Positions 10,632-22,635 of a DNA stretch of 64,000 nucleotides are shown here, piece after piece. The position numbers and the translations under genes are program-made. Numbering within the stretch: the first letter of the stretch is position 1; each line of letters opens with the position of its first letter. The stretch comes from Neoechinorhynchus agilis (taxonomy: Eukaryota; Animalia; Acanthocephala), in assembly GCA_051530055.1 (NCBI GenBank), contig CM121341.1:15788784-15852783 (forward strand). Direction: 5' to 3'. The notes beneath the pieces were generated by a model, which worked only from the letters and a program-made list of their open reading frames with translations, was not told the origin of the DNA and did no database searches.

Positions 10632-13334
10632 ATGCCCACGTACCACTCAAAGGATTCACCAGAAAAAGTTATGATGCGAATACCTCCTAATCATTACATC
10701 CACGTCCTTGACAACAATTTGAATATATCACGAGTTGAAATCGGACCGCAAACATTTATTCTAAAAGATCATGAAATGTTCTTAAATGAAAAACCAATTA
10801 TGATGATTTCCGTTCCCCCTCTTCACTATTGTCTAATTGAGCATCCTGTTATCTATGAAAAGACTTCGGACGAAGGTGAGCCTAAAGTTTCTTTGGATAA
10901 GTATGGTCAAGCCCGATTGCGCCACGGCGATAAGGAGTACCGTTTTGAACAAGAACCGTTTCCATTATATCCAGGTGAATTCCTACTTGTTAAACCTACA
11001 CGCCTTCTGACTGTTCTGAGCAATGAGGCATTGCGTTTGAAGGCGAATGTAGATTTTGTCGAGGATGAAAAGACTAAGAGATACGCGGGTGAAGAGTGGT
11101 ACTTCAAGGGTCCTGCGGTATATAAACCACGCAAGGAAGTGAGCGAGGTTGCAAAAGTTGGCTACCAAAACATAAAGCGGAACGAAGCTCTTCGAGTTCG
11201 GGCCGTAAAGGACTGTTTAGACTACAAAGGATTAAAGAGATTTGCAGGGGAGGAGTGGTTAATTCGGGAAGTCGGTGATTATTTGCTTGGAATCGAAGAA
11301 CAGATTGTGAGTGTTGAACATGCCGTTGTCTTGTACGATTGGAAAGCGATTTGCCTGGAAGCTGCAAGTAACCATACGGATGAGTTTGGCGTTAAACGTC
11401 GTGCTGGAGATCAGTGGCTGGTAACGAGTAAACTAACGGATGCGTATATTGCTGATACCTGCCAAACTATTGTTCAAGACATTAAGGCAACTGAACTTAA
11501 TAAGTCACAATACTGCGTAATAGCCGACCCGGTCGATGAGAATGGGAAAAATCAAGTTGGAACTTTTAAATTGATTCGCGGTCCGGCGGTTTTCTTTCTA
11601 CAGCCGGGTGAGAAAATTGTGGATTCCATAAAACCAGTGTACCAGTTAACCGAAAACGACGGCCTTATACTTAAATGTATTGACACAATGGAAGGTCATC
11701 AAGTTGGGGACTTGTGGTCATTGCGTGGACCTTGTGAGTACGTTCCTCCGGTTACCGTTCAGGTGGTTAAGGAGCGGAAGGCTATTGCGTTGGATGAAAA
11801 TGAAGGAGTTTATGTGAGAAATACTACCACAGGGAAGGTTAGGTCTGTCATTGGAGGGAACTATATGCTGACTCATGAAGAAGAGTTATGGGAAAAGCAT
11901 CTACCTGCAGAGGTTTACTTCGAATTTCTTTTGGGTTTCTAACCGTGTGATATTTAATATAGGTAGAACAGTTACTGTGGAAGGATCCATTGGCTGGCAG
12001 AAGTGTGAATCAACCTTTGTCTGCAATCGATCAAACGTCTTCACAACAAAGTGATTCTCAAAAAAGGAAAAAATATGAAGTTGTTCGATACCAACTACCT
12101 CACAATTCGGCCATTCGAGTCTATGATTTCCGGGAGAAGAAATCACGAGTGGTATTCGGTCCCGATCTTGTTTTGATGCAGCCAGATGAGGAGTTCACTT
12201 TGCTCAGCCTTTCAGGAGGAGTTCCAAAGCAACCAAACGCGATAAAAGCCATTTGTGTTCTTCTTGGACCCGATTATTTCGTCGATGTTTTTGTCATAGA
12301 AACGTCTGATCATGCTCGGCTCTCCCTAAGGCTTAGTATGAATTGGGCATTTGATGTCGTCGATAAATCGCCTGAAGAGCAGGCTAAAGTGTACAACGTA
12401 CCCGATTTCATCGGGAATGCTTGCAAAGCGATTGCTTCTAGAATTCGTGGACTTGTATCTTCTGTTCCTTTTGATGAGTTTCACAAGGTTAGTCTGCGAA
12501 GTTTATTCAAATATTATCTTGACAAAAATGTCCAAATAGAATTCAGCAAAACTCATAAGGGAAGCAGTGTTTGGAATTGATTCCAAAACGGGTGAAGTGA
12601 ATACATTGTTGACGTTTAAAGAAAACCACTTGAATATTACATCAATAGATATAATTTCTCTTGAACCGGTCGACCAAAAGACACGGGATGCGCTTCAAAG
12701 AACTGTTCAGCTGGCGATTGAAATTACTACCAACTCACAAGAAGCAGTCGCAAAGCACGAAGCCCAGCGGCTGAAACAGGAGGCTGAAGGAAAACAGGAA
12801 CGAAGAAAGATTCAAGACGAAATAGAAGCTGAGAGGAAAAGAAAAGAGCTATTGGAATTAAAAGCCGAGAGCGCTACGATTGAGTCTTGTGGTCAGAGTA
12901 TTGCGGAAGCTAAGAGCCAGGCTGAGGCTGCACGAATTGAGTCTGAACGAGCTGTTGAGCTTACCAAATTGAAGGAGCAAGCAGAAAACATAAAGGCGGA
13001 ATCTGAATTCTCTCGACTAAAACAGGCACGAGAAGCAGAATTAGAGTATATGACAAGAAAAAATGAAATTGAGTTGTCGAGACGGCTAAAGGAAGGCGAA
13101 ATTGAAGTAGATAAATTCACGAAACAAATTCATGCTATAGGGAAGGAAACTATCGTAGCAATTGCTTCATCTGGTCCAGAAATGAAGGTTAAAATGCTTC
13201 AGGCTCTTGGCTTAAAATCCGCTTTGATTACTGATGGAAATAATCCAATCAATTTGTTCGACACTGCTGGTGGCCTAATCGATTTCAATGTTGCCAGTTC
13301 TAGAAAAAGACAATTATTGGATCCTGAAGAATAA
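10632..13334 (+). CDS. MVP: Major vault protein, 3 exons (introns 11913-11962, 12488-12539)
   Basis: [20 protein letters not shown], vault repeats, [37 protein letters not shown]-terminal coiled coil ending ALGLKS.LITDG..PINLF; splice phases check out. Confidence 0.97.
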
Positions 13335-13499
13335 CAAAATTTTTTTACATCACTTCCATCCTGGATTTTTGTTTTCCAATAAAATCAATCAATGAACGAA
13401 CGACATTGCCAAAGTAGTGCATATTGACTTTAATAGTTGTTTCGAATTAATAAAAGCAAAAAATCGAGGTTAAGCCTCTTTCGAGAAAATTTTAAATAC

Positions 13500-14631
13500 T
13501 CAACTGTCGGACGAGGCTTGGCGTCAAGCGTCCTTGCCTCTGTCGTCTGGCGGTTTTGGTATCCGAAAAGCAGCCGATATTTCTCTGCCAGCTTATTTGG
13601 GATCGTATGAAGCAAGCCACAAAATAGTTCAATCCGTTCTTGGCGAAAATTACACTTTGGATGTCGGTTTAGTGGAGGCATTTAATCTTTGGTGTGAAGA
13701 TTCCGGTAGCGAGCAGGTGCGCGTCAATGGTTGGAAACAATCAGTTTGGGACTCACCCCTGGTAGCGAGAATTCATAACTCCTAAATTTCAGATTCTCAT
13801 GACCTGGTGAACCGAACTCGATCGGCGGCAGTCTCTACAAGAGAATCGGGTACTTGGCTCAACGATATCCCAATCGCTTCTGTGGGTACCCTTCTCTCCG
13901 AACGAGACAGTGAGGATCGCAATGTCCCTTAGACATGGAGTACCGATGTGCACATCCCATCGCTGCCGTTGCGGAGCGACGGTTGTACCATCGGGACGCC
14001 ATGTTCTCGTCTGTCGGCAATCAGGCGGAAGGTACTCACGACACACCGAAGTGAATGCAATTCTTAGTCGTGCGCTGAATACTGTGAATGGGGCCAACAT
14101 CCTAGAGCCGAGCGATCTTTGCCGACTCGATTGCCATAGACCGGACAGTGTCACAGTAAATAATTATTTATTAAAGGCGTTTCGAACCTCGTCGGTTTGA
14201 TCATCAGTTTGTTAGTTAGTAATAGACGAGGTTCGAAACGTCTTTAATAAATAATCATTTGCCGGTGTAGACCTAAACAATAATTCCAATCACATTCCCC
14301 GGTACCTCACATATCGACGGTATCGCACTATTCCTGTGGCGAGAAGGCAAATCCCTTCCCTTAGATGCCATTCGCAGCCAGCAACATAAAATTCTCGGCC
14401 GTTAAACCAGGGGGAGCAGCAACCGCGGCTGAGGAACGCAAAAAGACCAAATACATGGAATTTCGTTCCATTTGGCGTGGAGACATTCTGGTCGTTTGGT
14501 TCAAGAGATTGAGACGAATCATTAGCGATCCGAAGACAGGAGCATTCCTCCTGCAAAACATAAGTCTGGCTATTCAACGGGACGAGGCGCTCCATCCGTC
14601 CTTTCGACCGTTACACCAGGACGGCAGCTGA
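13500..14631 (+). mobile_element. CRE-like retrotransposon 3' portion, interrupted by a hammerhead palindrome
   Basis: LPLSSGGFGIR.A...LPAYLGS; HRCRCG..HVLVC..GRYSRH.EVN.IL.RAL; EERKK.KY; ISLAIQR. Confidence 0.8.
14161..14335. ncRNA. Palindromic Penelope-type pLTR remnant with hammerhead motif (family B)
   Basis: Minus strand CTGATGA-T-..AACC-gacga-GGTTC-GAAACG at 14176-14207; inverted half copy 14226-14255; homologous to 31614-31750. Confidence 0.6.
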
Positions 14632-14965
14632 GTGATCAAGAGCGGTGGTGTGAATAATCTAACGTATTATTCCTCTAGTCCTTCCATACAATTTAGCCTT
14701 GTTTGAAGAAACTTCATTTATAAGTACGAAAACACCTTCAAATTGCATCAGTAAATAGCCAATACTGGGATGCACCTTTAGTGCCATTGCTACAAAAGTG
14801 AAATAGTTTTTCTCTTATGCCAATTAAAAACTAAATTTCGTCTTTTTTATTTATGTTCAATCAAATGAGAAGACAACGCAAACAAGTTGCTTTATGTTTA
14901 AATATTTCTTGATTTATTAAAATTTTATTGCCTTATGTATTTATTAATAAGCCATTAAAACTATC

Positions 14966-15703
14966 TTATTTGTCCCCGATGATTCTCCTTATATGATCTA
15001 AAGCAACATTTTTGCTTCCTTCAATAACTCCTGATCCTAAAACGACGTCGCTTTCCTCATGACTAGCAGCAATTGCATATTTCCCCGATTGGAGTTTATA
15101 CAACACAAGGGCTGGCTCAGAAAACTTCATAATTTTACCACCATCAAGAATCACTTTTCCGGTGATTATTTGTTCCTTCACTCTAGTGAGTGTCTGCTTC
15201 CCGAATTCTATACCATTTTGCATCTGACAAGACAGTTGGGTTTTGGGCTGGCCCAGGCGAGATTGCCTATGACCAATCTTCCTATTGACCATCGACAACG
15301 CACTCACAGAACTTACCAGGATGAATTTGCGAATTTTTAAGAAAAATAGCGTTGCGTTCGCAAATCCACTCAATTTTAAATGCTTGCTTAGACTCGTCTC
15401 TATTTGCCGAGTGTTAGACTTCCTCCGTGGCGTAATCAGTGAATCAAATAGAGGGACAAACGGTTTATGCCCTCGTGCAATCTTGATGGAATCGGTATCA
15501 CAAAATATCCGGTTATGGTACAAATGCTCCACAGATTTCATGTAAATCTGAAACTGATTTCTAAAATGCTTTTCCTTCTTTTCAAATTGTATATCCAGTG
15601 TATTAAGAAATGTTCGCAGTTTCCGCTTGATTTGAGCCTTTAAGGTCGTTAATGAGATTGCTTGTCGATTCTCATTCTTAGCTTGAGCGCGAGTTACTGG
15701 CAT
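14966..15703 (-). CDS. Borealin (CDCA8)-like chromosomal passenger protein
   Basis: KRKLRTFLNTLDIQFE..KSVEHLY..RI resembles the Borealin N-terminal helix as recalled from memory; TPRR CDK-type site; basic middle region. Confidence 0.5.
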   Translation of the reverse strand: MPVTRAQAKNENRQAISLTTLKAQIKRKLRTFLNTLDIQFEKKEKHFRNQFQIYMKSVEHLYHNRIFCDTDSIKIARGHKPFVPLFDSLITPRRKSNTRQIETSLSKHLKLSGFANATLFFLKIRKFILVSSVSALSMVNRKIGHRQSRLGQPKTQLSCQMQNGIEFGKQTLTRVKEQIITGKVILDGGKIMKFSEPALVLYKLQSGKYAIAASHEESDVVLGSGVIEGSKNVALDHIRRIIGDK

Positions 15704-16392
15704 CACGCACACTCTAGAGTAAAAAACGAAGAGTTTTATTCGAGGAAGGCGCATAATTTCGTGTTAATATTAAATATCTATCATCTTTACAAAAAAAGGA
15801 AGTATCGATGCGTCATTACTAAACATTTACGTTCTGTCCATGGTTCACCTCTAGTGAACTTCTCGGTCATTTTAGGATTGAGTAGAATTTTTAATAGTTT
15901 AAGATGCCATACAATCGTAAAACTTGCAAAGGATCCTAATTTAAAAAAGGTAAAGGTGGTGAAACTTTATATGTACTGATGGATATTCGGAACTGACGAA
16001 TGTGAAAGCACAACGATTGATCGCAGAAAAACTTGATGATTATTTTAAATCTCACGAGTCCCCGGACTATGACCGTTGGATTAGCATCTGAATTGTTTAC
16101 CAAATTTTATCCAGAATCGCTTTGATTTCCTTTAAAGTAGATCAAAATTCAAAACTTTGCGAATTCAATTCGACCAAAATTCGACCAAAATTCTCCATCT
16201 ATCAATATCGGATGGAATACGGCCGTTTATTCGAAAGCGTCGTGGTATCCTGTAATCAAAGTGCAGTTCAGCTAAACCAGAGAACGCAATTTTGCTTTTA
16301 TTGAATAGTAAACTTTTTAATTGAATTGGCTATCGATGCAAATGCACAGCGCGTATTTGAATTGAACTTAGTCGTCACATGAGATTTGCTAA

Positions 16393-16563
16393 TTTATGGC
16401 GGAAAATTGAAGGAATTTATTAAGTCCGATATTTAGGCACAATCTTGTGCCTTTATCAAGGTTACGTACCAAGTCGTAAAAATTCACAGACAATCTTGAT
16501 AAAGGCAAAAGATTGTGCCGAATCATCGGACTTAATAAATTCCTTCAATTTTCCGCCATAAAA
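16393..16563. mobile_element. Foldback MITE (~70 bp arms); second copy at 51961-52120
   Basis: ttatggcggaaaattgaaggaatttattaagtccgat.. and its reverse complement; both copies share a 3' flank ending caatcttcaaaca. Confidence 0.7.
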
Positions 16564-17110
16564 AACATGAATAATTCAATCTTCAAACAGATTTACCGAT
16601 CTCGTCTCGTTTAAAAATAAGACTAGATTCATGCAATTCTTTGTGTATTTGATAAAAGTTCAACTAGACGGTGTTGTCAGCATCTTTTAATTGAATCGAA
16701 AGTTTATTTTAGTAGGTTTCGTTTACGACCTAATATAAAATCACAAAGGTAAGCGATACTTCTTGCCATGAGACTTAAATTCTTCTTCAAGTGTTTTTAG
16801 CGTTTTACGCGATCACGCAATACCTAAGATTACTGTCAAATTCGATTCGCTCAATATTATCTGCATTTCCTTTTTGTGAACAAAGTTAGCGAATGAATGA
16901 AAATTTAATTTTACACGTAACATTTTCTTAAACCACTGATTCTTGAATGTTCTCAACTTGATTTCGCATTTTATTTCGTTCATCGCAAATCATTCCTCTG
17001 AACACCCCATGATTTTTTGCTTTATTGGCGACGAAGAAGCATGAACGGTCATCTCAAAAACTCCTTAAAGGGGTGTGTGTATCCATATGTCTTTAAAAAG
17101 TAAACTAGTC

Positions 17111-17623
17111 GTTTCTATTGTTAGTTTTGTCACCCCAGATTTAAGTTCACTAATTTATCTCCGATATATCATTGCATAATTCCGATATTTCCCATGGTCT
17201 GTCATCTAAAACACAAACATTATGACGTTATCCTGTTGACTAGTCGTCCACAATTCACCGCTTGAATTGATAAGGCCGAAGAAGAGTCATAACACCTACA
17301 TACATATCTGTGCTGTGATTTCCTTTTGCTAAGTCCCTGTTTGGTCTGTCCCACATATTTTGATGGGCAGTCTATCCCTATATATTTGGGTTTGTCATTC
17401 TCAGTACATGTCAGGATTATTTTCTAGGCTGCTCAGTTTAACCGATGGAAGGTAATAAAGCTAGCATCAGTTTAAAATTGCCATCGAAGATGCAGTGGTG
17501 CTCTAGCTCAGAGGTGCTAGTGGACAATGAGTCCAGGAAGAGGGGTTTGACTAACATGTTGCCGACAAATCGGAAATAAGTTAGCGAATTTAAATCCGGG
17601 GTGGCAAAACTACCAAAAGAAAG
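17111..17623. mobile_element. MITE family C copy (long TIRs)
   Basis: TIR tagttttgtcaccccagatttaagttcactaatttat.. vs ..ttagcgaatttaaatccggggtggcaaaactacc; related to 40612-41507 and 46898-47489. Confidence 0.7.
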
Positions 17624-18073
17624 TTTCTTTTCCATCGAAGATAATAATATAGGACATTAAACTAGTCGGCACACCTAGAACTTGTTTAAAAAGCCTTGAG
17701 TCTAGGACATGTCCGTTGGGTGTGTCTTCATGGCAAATCGATGCAACTTCTTAAACAAATTCAAATTTCCGATCCCACTGAAATTATACTCTAATCATTG
17801 CATTTGAGCTAAGTCCTTATCTCATTGCCATTAGATATGAAGAAAGGGAAGCGCCTGTAATTCTAAATATTTTAAATATGCCCCTTTTTATTTTTATGTG
17901 ATAAAATTGAGATTTAATGTAAGTTTTCATTCTCTTAAGACGGAGATAAGAACAGGAGAATGCAGAGAGATTTAGGTGCTTGTGATGTTTCCGATCTAAT
18001 TTCGTAGTGAGAAAAATGTCGGGTCAAAAACGCTGACAAATTCGCAGTTGATAGGCTGCCAACCGACCACACG

Positions 18074-20260
18074 TTGGTGATGTGTCAGTTGAGCATGAGT
18101 TACTCGTTGTTCCGTACGCCTCAGCATCCTCCACGTCCGTTCTATGGCACCCTCGCTAATGAGGAGAAGAGGAAAGAGTTCGATATCAAACTAGAGAATC
18201 AACTGAGCTCGATGCCAGCTGCTGAAACGGATATTGATTTTTATTACAAGTCAATCTGCGACGCAGTGACCGAAGCGGCCGAGAAAACCCTCCCAAAAAT
18301 GATGCGTATAAAAGCTGCAAAGGTTATATGGCAGGAGGACTGTGAATTTATGGCAATGGCAGAGCAGATCAATACTCTAAGAAAAAGAGGAAAACGATTT
18401 TAGGCTCGCATTGCAAGTCTTGAACTTGCCAACCTCCATAATGAAAAGCGAAAGGCTTCGATGGAGGATGCAGTTCGCGGGATCGCATATAAGGAAGGTT
18501 TTGTGCGTACCTCCTTAGCATGGAGAGCGATAAACACTCTTACAGGAAGATCCCAAAGACAGCCAACTTTGATTGAAGGTCCCTCCCCGGAAATCAGAAA
18601 AAAGAGAATCGGAAATTATTTTGCTGAAATTCACAATTCGCCATTATAGTCTTTGGAAGTGAGACCTGCACTTCCAAAAGGCACAATCGTCCCAAGCACT
18701 GAGGCATACTTCACTGGACCGATTTCCGTGAATGAAGCGATTGCTGCGCCGAAAATGATGCGTGCGGGACGTGCATCATGCCCAGATGGGATAATGGCAG
18801 AGGTTTTGAGGTTTGAATCTATTGCCGGAAAGATCATACCGACAATGAATGGCATAATGAATGGTGGCTCAGTACCTCAAATCTGGCAAACGGCGCATTT
18901 AACAATGATCCCCAAGAAATGCTGCTCGACAAAGGTGGAGGACTACAGAGGTATATCCTTGATGTCCAACACGGCAAAAAAATTTCAGCAGCATTTTGAA
19001 ACGCCGAATTCAGCCAACCCTCGAACCGTTTCTAAGAATTGAACGGTCGAGGCACCACAGAGCACATATTGGCTTTGAGGAGGATCCTCGAGGAGGTACG
19101 AATTCATCAAACGGATGTGACGCTGGTATTTGTTGATTTCCGTCGAGCTTTCGATTCGGTAAATCGAACGATGATTGGCTGTATCTTAAAGGAGTATGGA
19201 GTGCCGCCGATAATTGTCACATCCGTTATGGCATTATATAAAAACACAAGGACCGCCGTCAAGACAGCTGACGGTTTGACAGAATACTTTTCCACCACTT
19301 CAGGTGTTCTGCAGGGCGACACATTGGCTCCTTTCCTCTTCGTTTTGGTGCTTGTTTATGTAATGAGATGGGCACTGCCGAATGATGAAGATGGATTTCT
19401 TCTGTTGAGGAAAAGAGGTCGCAGGTATCCTGAGATACGCGCCTCCTACATGGCATATGCCGACCACGTCGTATTGATGTCCTCAACAGTCGAAGGAGCT
19501 CAACGCATGCTAGATAGATTGTGCGAGAGGGAGAGTATGATTGGTCTGACCATCAACTCGAAAAAGACGGAATTCTTGACGATTCCGCATGTCGCGATTA
19601 CAGTCTCTGGCGAAGGACCGAATGGCGTTGAGCAATTAAAACAGATAGAGCGGTATGTCTATCTGGGAGCTGTCGTTCCTGAGGTGAGTACGGATGTCAG
19701 CCGACGGAGAGCTATAGCTTGGAGAGCAATGAGGCAACTTAAACCACTGTTTGACAGTGAGTCTTTGCCGGATGAACTCCGTTCGCAGCTGTTCAGGGCT
19801 CTAATTGAGAGCATTCTCTACTACAATGCAGAGACCTGGACACTGTCACCAACGGCGACGAGGCAGTTGGGTCAAAATCATTCATCTCTCCTACGTGCGG
19901 CGTTCAAGGCCAGATGGTCAGATAAAGTGACCAACAAAGCACTGTATAAGAGAGCCGGAGTCCAACCGCCCAGTGAATATTTGCGCCGCGGACGACTGCA
20001 GTTCACGGGTAATATAATTCGGTCCAAGGCATCTAGCCCACAGGTCGTGCAACAGTTCCTTTTCTGGAAGCCAGCGACATTATATCGTAAAGGCAAAGGG
20101 AACTGTCGTACATACGATGACCTGATTTTAAGAGACGCGAATTGCCCGCATAACAGGACTGCTGTCGTGTATTTTAGATCCCTTGCGGAGTCTAATTCTA
20201 TTTGACGGGCTTATACCTACGGTGCAAGGTAGGAAAGCACCGTTGCATACAATACAATAC
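18074..20260 (+). mobile_element. RTE-clade LINE, 5'-truncated, frameshifted RT
   Basis: GRASCPDGI, YRGISL, FVDFRRAFDSV, GVLQGDTLAPFLF, YADH (catalytic DD degenerate), INSKKTE; 3' hairpin and (CAATA)n tail. Confidence 0.88.
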
Positions 20261-20464
20261 CATCTTATTCAATACACGTGCAAAAACTGAATGAAACGGC
20301 TAAATGGCGTTGAACTAATGGAAATCTAGTCGCCGGATTATTACGAGGCAAAAGTGAGCAGTGTGGTTTTGATCACCATTTCGAAAGGAATGAACCTGAA
20401 AATAAAACAATACGTATTCTTGTTTGACAAAACAAAAGGACAAGAATCCAGGCAAATCTATATT

Positions 20465-20938
20465 TTAAATATAAGAAATAGATTCACCACAAAGCACGGA
20501 AGCCAATACGACAGAGATCAACCTTGCAATAATTAGTCCGAATCCATTCGCAGCCAAAATGCTTGGAACCACAATGTCGGTCAAGTGTTTTCCTTCCGTC
20601 CATTTGCAATTCAGCGATCGAATGACAAGGTAGACCGAAACGCAAAAGTCCCCAAAGGCAATTATGAGCATCACAAAGTTGAATATGACATATAGTTTAC
20701 TTCTAAATCTTGTCATTGCAATCAGACAGACGAGAGTGGTTAAAATCGTCAGTGAACCGCTTATGAGCTTTGTTATACCCATGAATAACATTTGCTCATT
20801 TCTTATTAGATTCTGTACTTCAGGCGGTACCTTGCCGTAGTCAGACTCCATCTTCGCTATCGTTTTGTTTACAATCGTCTCGGACAGACAAACGGTTCCT
20901 GCCACAATTTCGGCGAGTGCGAGGATTAACAGTAACAT
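20465..20938 (-). CDS. Multi-pass (about four TM) membrane protein, tetraspanin/MS4A-like architecture
   Basis: Four hydrophobic segments in a 157 aa ORF; no diagnostic motif. Confidence 0.45.
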   Translation of the reverse strand: MLLLILALAEIVAGTVCLSETIVNKTIAKMESDYGKVPPEVQNLIRNEQMLFMGITKLISGSLTILTTLVCLIAMTRFRSKLYVIFNFVMLIIAFGDFCVSVYLVIRSLNCKWTEGKHLTDIVVPSILAANGFGLIIARLISVVLASVLCGESISYI

Positions 20939-21935
20939 GAGAATCAGGAAAAGAGATATGAACAGATTCAGTCATGTTATGTTCCGACCGAAACCGAACC
21001 TGTTCCTACGCGAACGCACTTAAAATCACACATTTCGATGTAAAACCTTTGTGGCGATGATCTTGAGTCGACTAAGCGTTTATACCTTGAGCATCAAACT
21101 CAATTCGCTTTGAACATGAAGAGCTTGTTTACCTTTCAAATCAATGCGCAAATTCAGATAAGAACACGTCGGTAAACACTAAACGCTCTTCTAGGAAAAC
21201 AAAACAAGAAGCATTGAGCTTGATAGGAATTTGATTTGACCTATCTATCTTTTTGAACTCTGTTTTCAATATTTGATAACTAATATGAAAGATATCCAAT
21301 TGTGAATCCAAAACATGCCTTTTAGAAGGGCTTGACGAATGTTCCGAGAAACTCTTGTGATCTCAGAGATACTTTTGTGTAAGTTTTAAAATTTTAATCA
21401 AGATTTTTATTATTTATGGATCGGTCTTACGGCGTTGCTTTTTATAACTCAAAAGGTGTTTCTATCAAATCTAGCTCAAAATTTGGTATTTTATTGATTA
21501 CAATAAGCTTTCAGGTAGTATATTTTCCACTCGAAGCTGAGCTTTCGTTTATTAAAATACAGCATATTGTATCTGATCCCTAAATATTTGATTTGGATTC
21601 ATTGGAATACAAAGATAGCGAACACATACTTAAATTCAGATTTATTACTCAGCACTGCAGCAACGCTTTTTCATTTAAAAATAACATAGTCACTTCAAAA
21701 ACGTGCCGTCGAAGAAAAACGCAACATCAATGAAATTCAAGCTGTCAACCAGTGCTATCGTGATTATTGCCAAGGAGGTTCTAAAATATTATGAAGAAAT
21801 ACCTGGTGCTATCGTGGCTTCATTTTCTTGCTTGGTATTCCACATTTACCACAATGTCGTTCTGTCAATCCGATGACAACCGTTTCTATGTCGTAGCATA
21901 TTGAACTCCTGAGTATTTTTACAACATCGTGAGCA

Positions 21936-22523
21936 GTGAAAAAATATCGAAAGTCAAGAGATAGATATTTCGACGAAGACATTTTAAAGTGTACCTCAAT
22001 CTCCAGAAAAAAACCACTATCTGAGAGGAGACTCATGAAAAGTGACGGCATTGCAGTATCCCTTATTCGTGAAAGCGTAAAACCGAAATATATCAAGCAG
22101 TTTATCAGCGTGGGACCTCCGATGTACTTTGGAAAACGGACAATTAGCATTTCCGCCTTAATGGCTAAACGGTTAGGAGTAGGAAAACTGGTAGTGAAAC
22201 AGAATGCAACAAAAAGGCGAAAGCGTCCTATGAATCTACCACTAATGGTGGGAAGACGATTCATTTTAAATTATACGCAAATGATTATGTCTAAGCGGTC
22301 ATCCAAAAAGCGCTCAAAGCAAACACTTTTCATGCCAACTTCCATGACCAGACGAATGCGACCATATAAGAAAAGGAAATTGACCACTGAACGCACTGCA
22401 ACATCGAACAATAGACCGCATGCATCAGAAGTTGACATTAAACTCAATGACCTTGTAGTCAGTTCTAACAAATCAATTTCATCTTTAGAATACGGTATGA
22501 TTCTTAACTATGTCAAACTATAG
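21936..22523 (+). CDS. Lys/Arg-rich ORF of unknown function
   Basis: 195 aa open frame, strongly basic; no recognised domain. Confidence 0.3.
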   Translation: MKKYRKSRDRYFDEDILKCTSISRKKPLSERRLMKSDGIAVSLIRESVKPKYIKQFISVGPPMYFGKRTISISALMAKRLGVGKLVVKQNATKRRKRPMNLPLMVGRRFILNYTQMIMSKRSSKKRSKQTLFMPTSMTRRMRPYKKRKLTTERTATSNNRPHASEVDIKLNDLVVSSNKSISSLEYGMILNYVKL

Positions 22524-22635
22524 CCTTAAAATAGTAGCTACTTTAGTTCCTAGTAAGGAGAAAAGAAGCAGCAATATAAATGGGCTCAGGCGACATAAAC
22601 TAATTTCAGAAAACAAACTATCACAAAACAAACTT

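Noticed and set aside
21730-22523. Histone-fold protein
   Set aside because: Only vague similarity (KRTIS..); cannot be supported without a profile search
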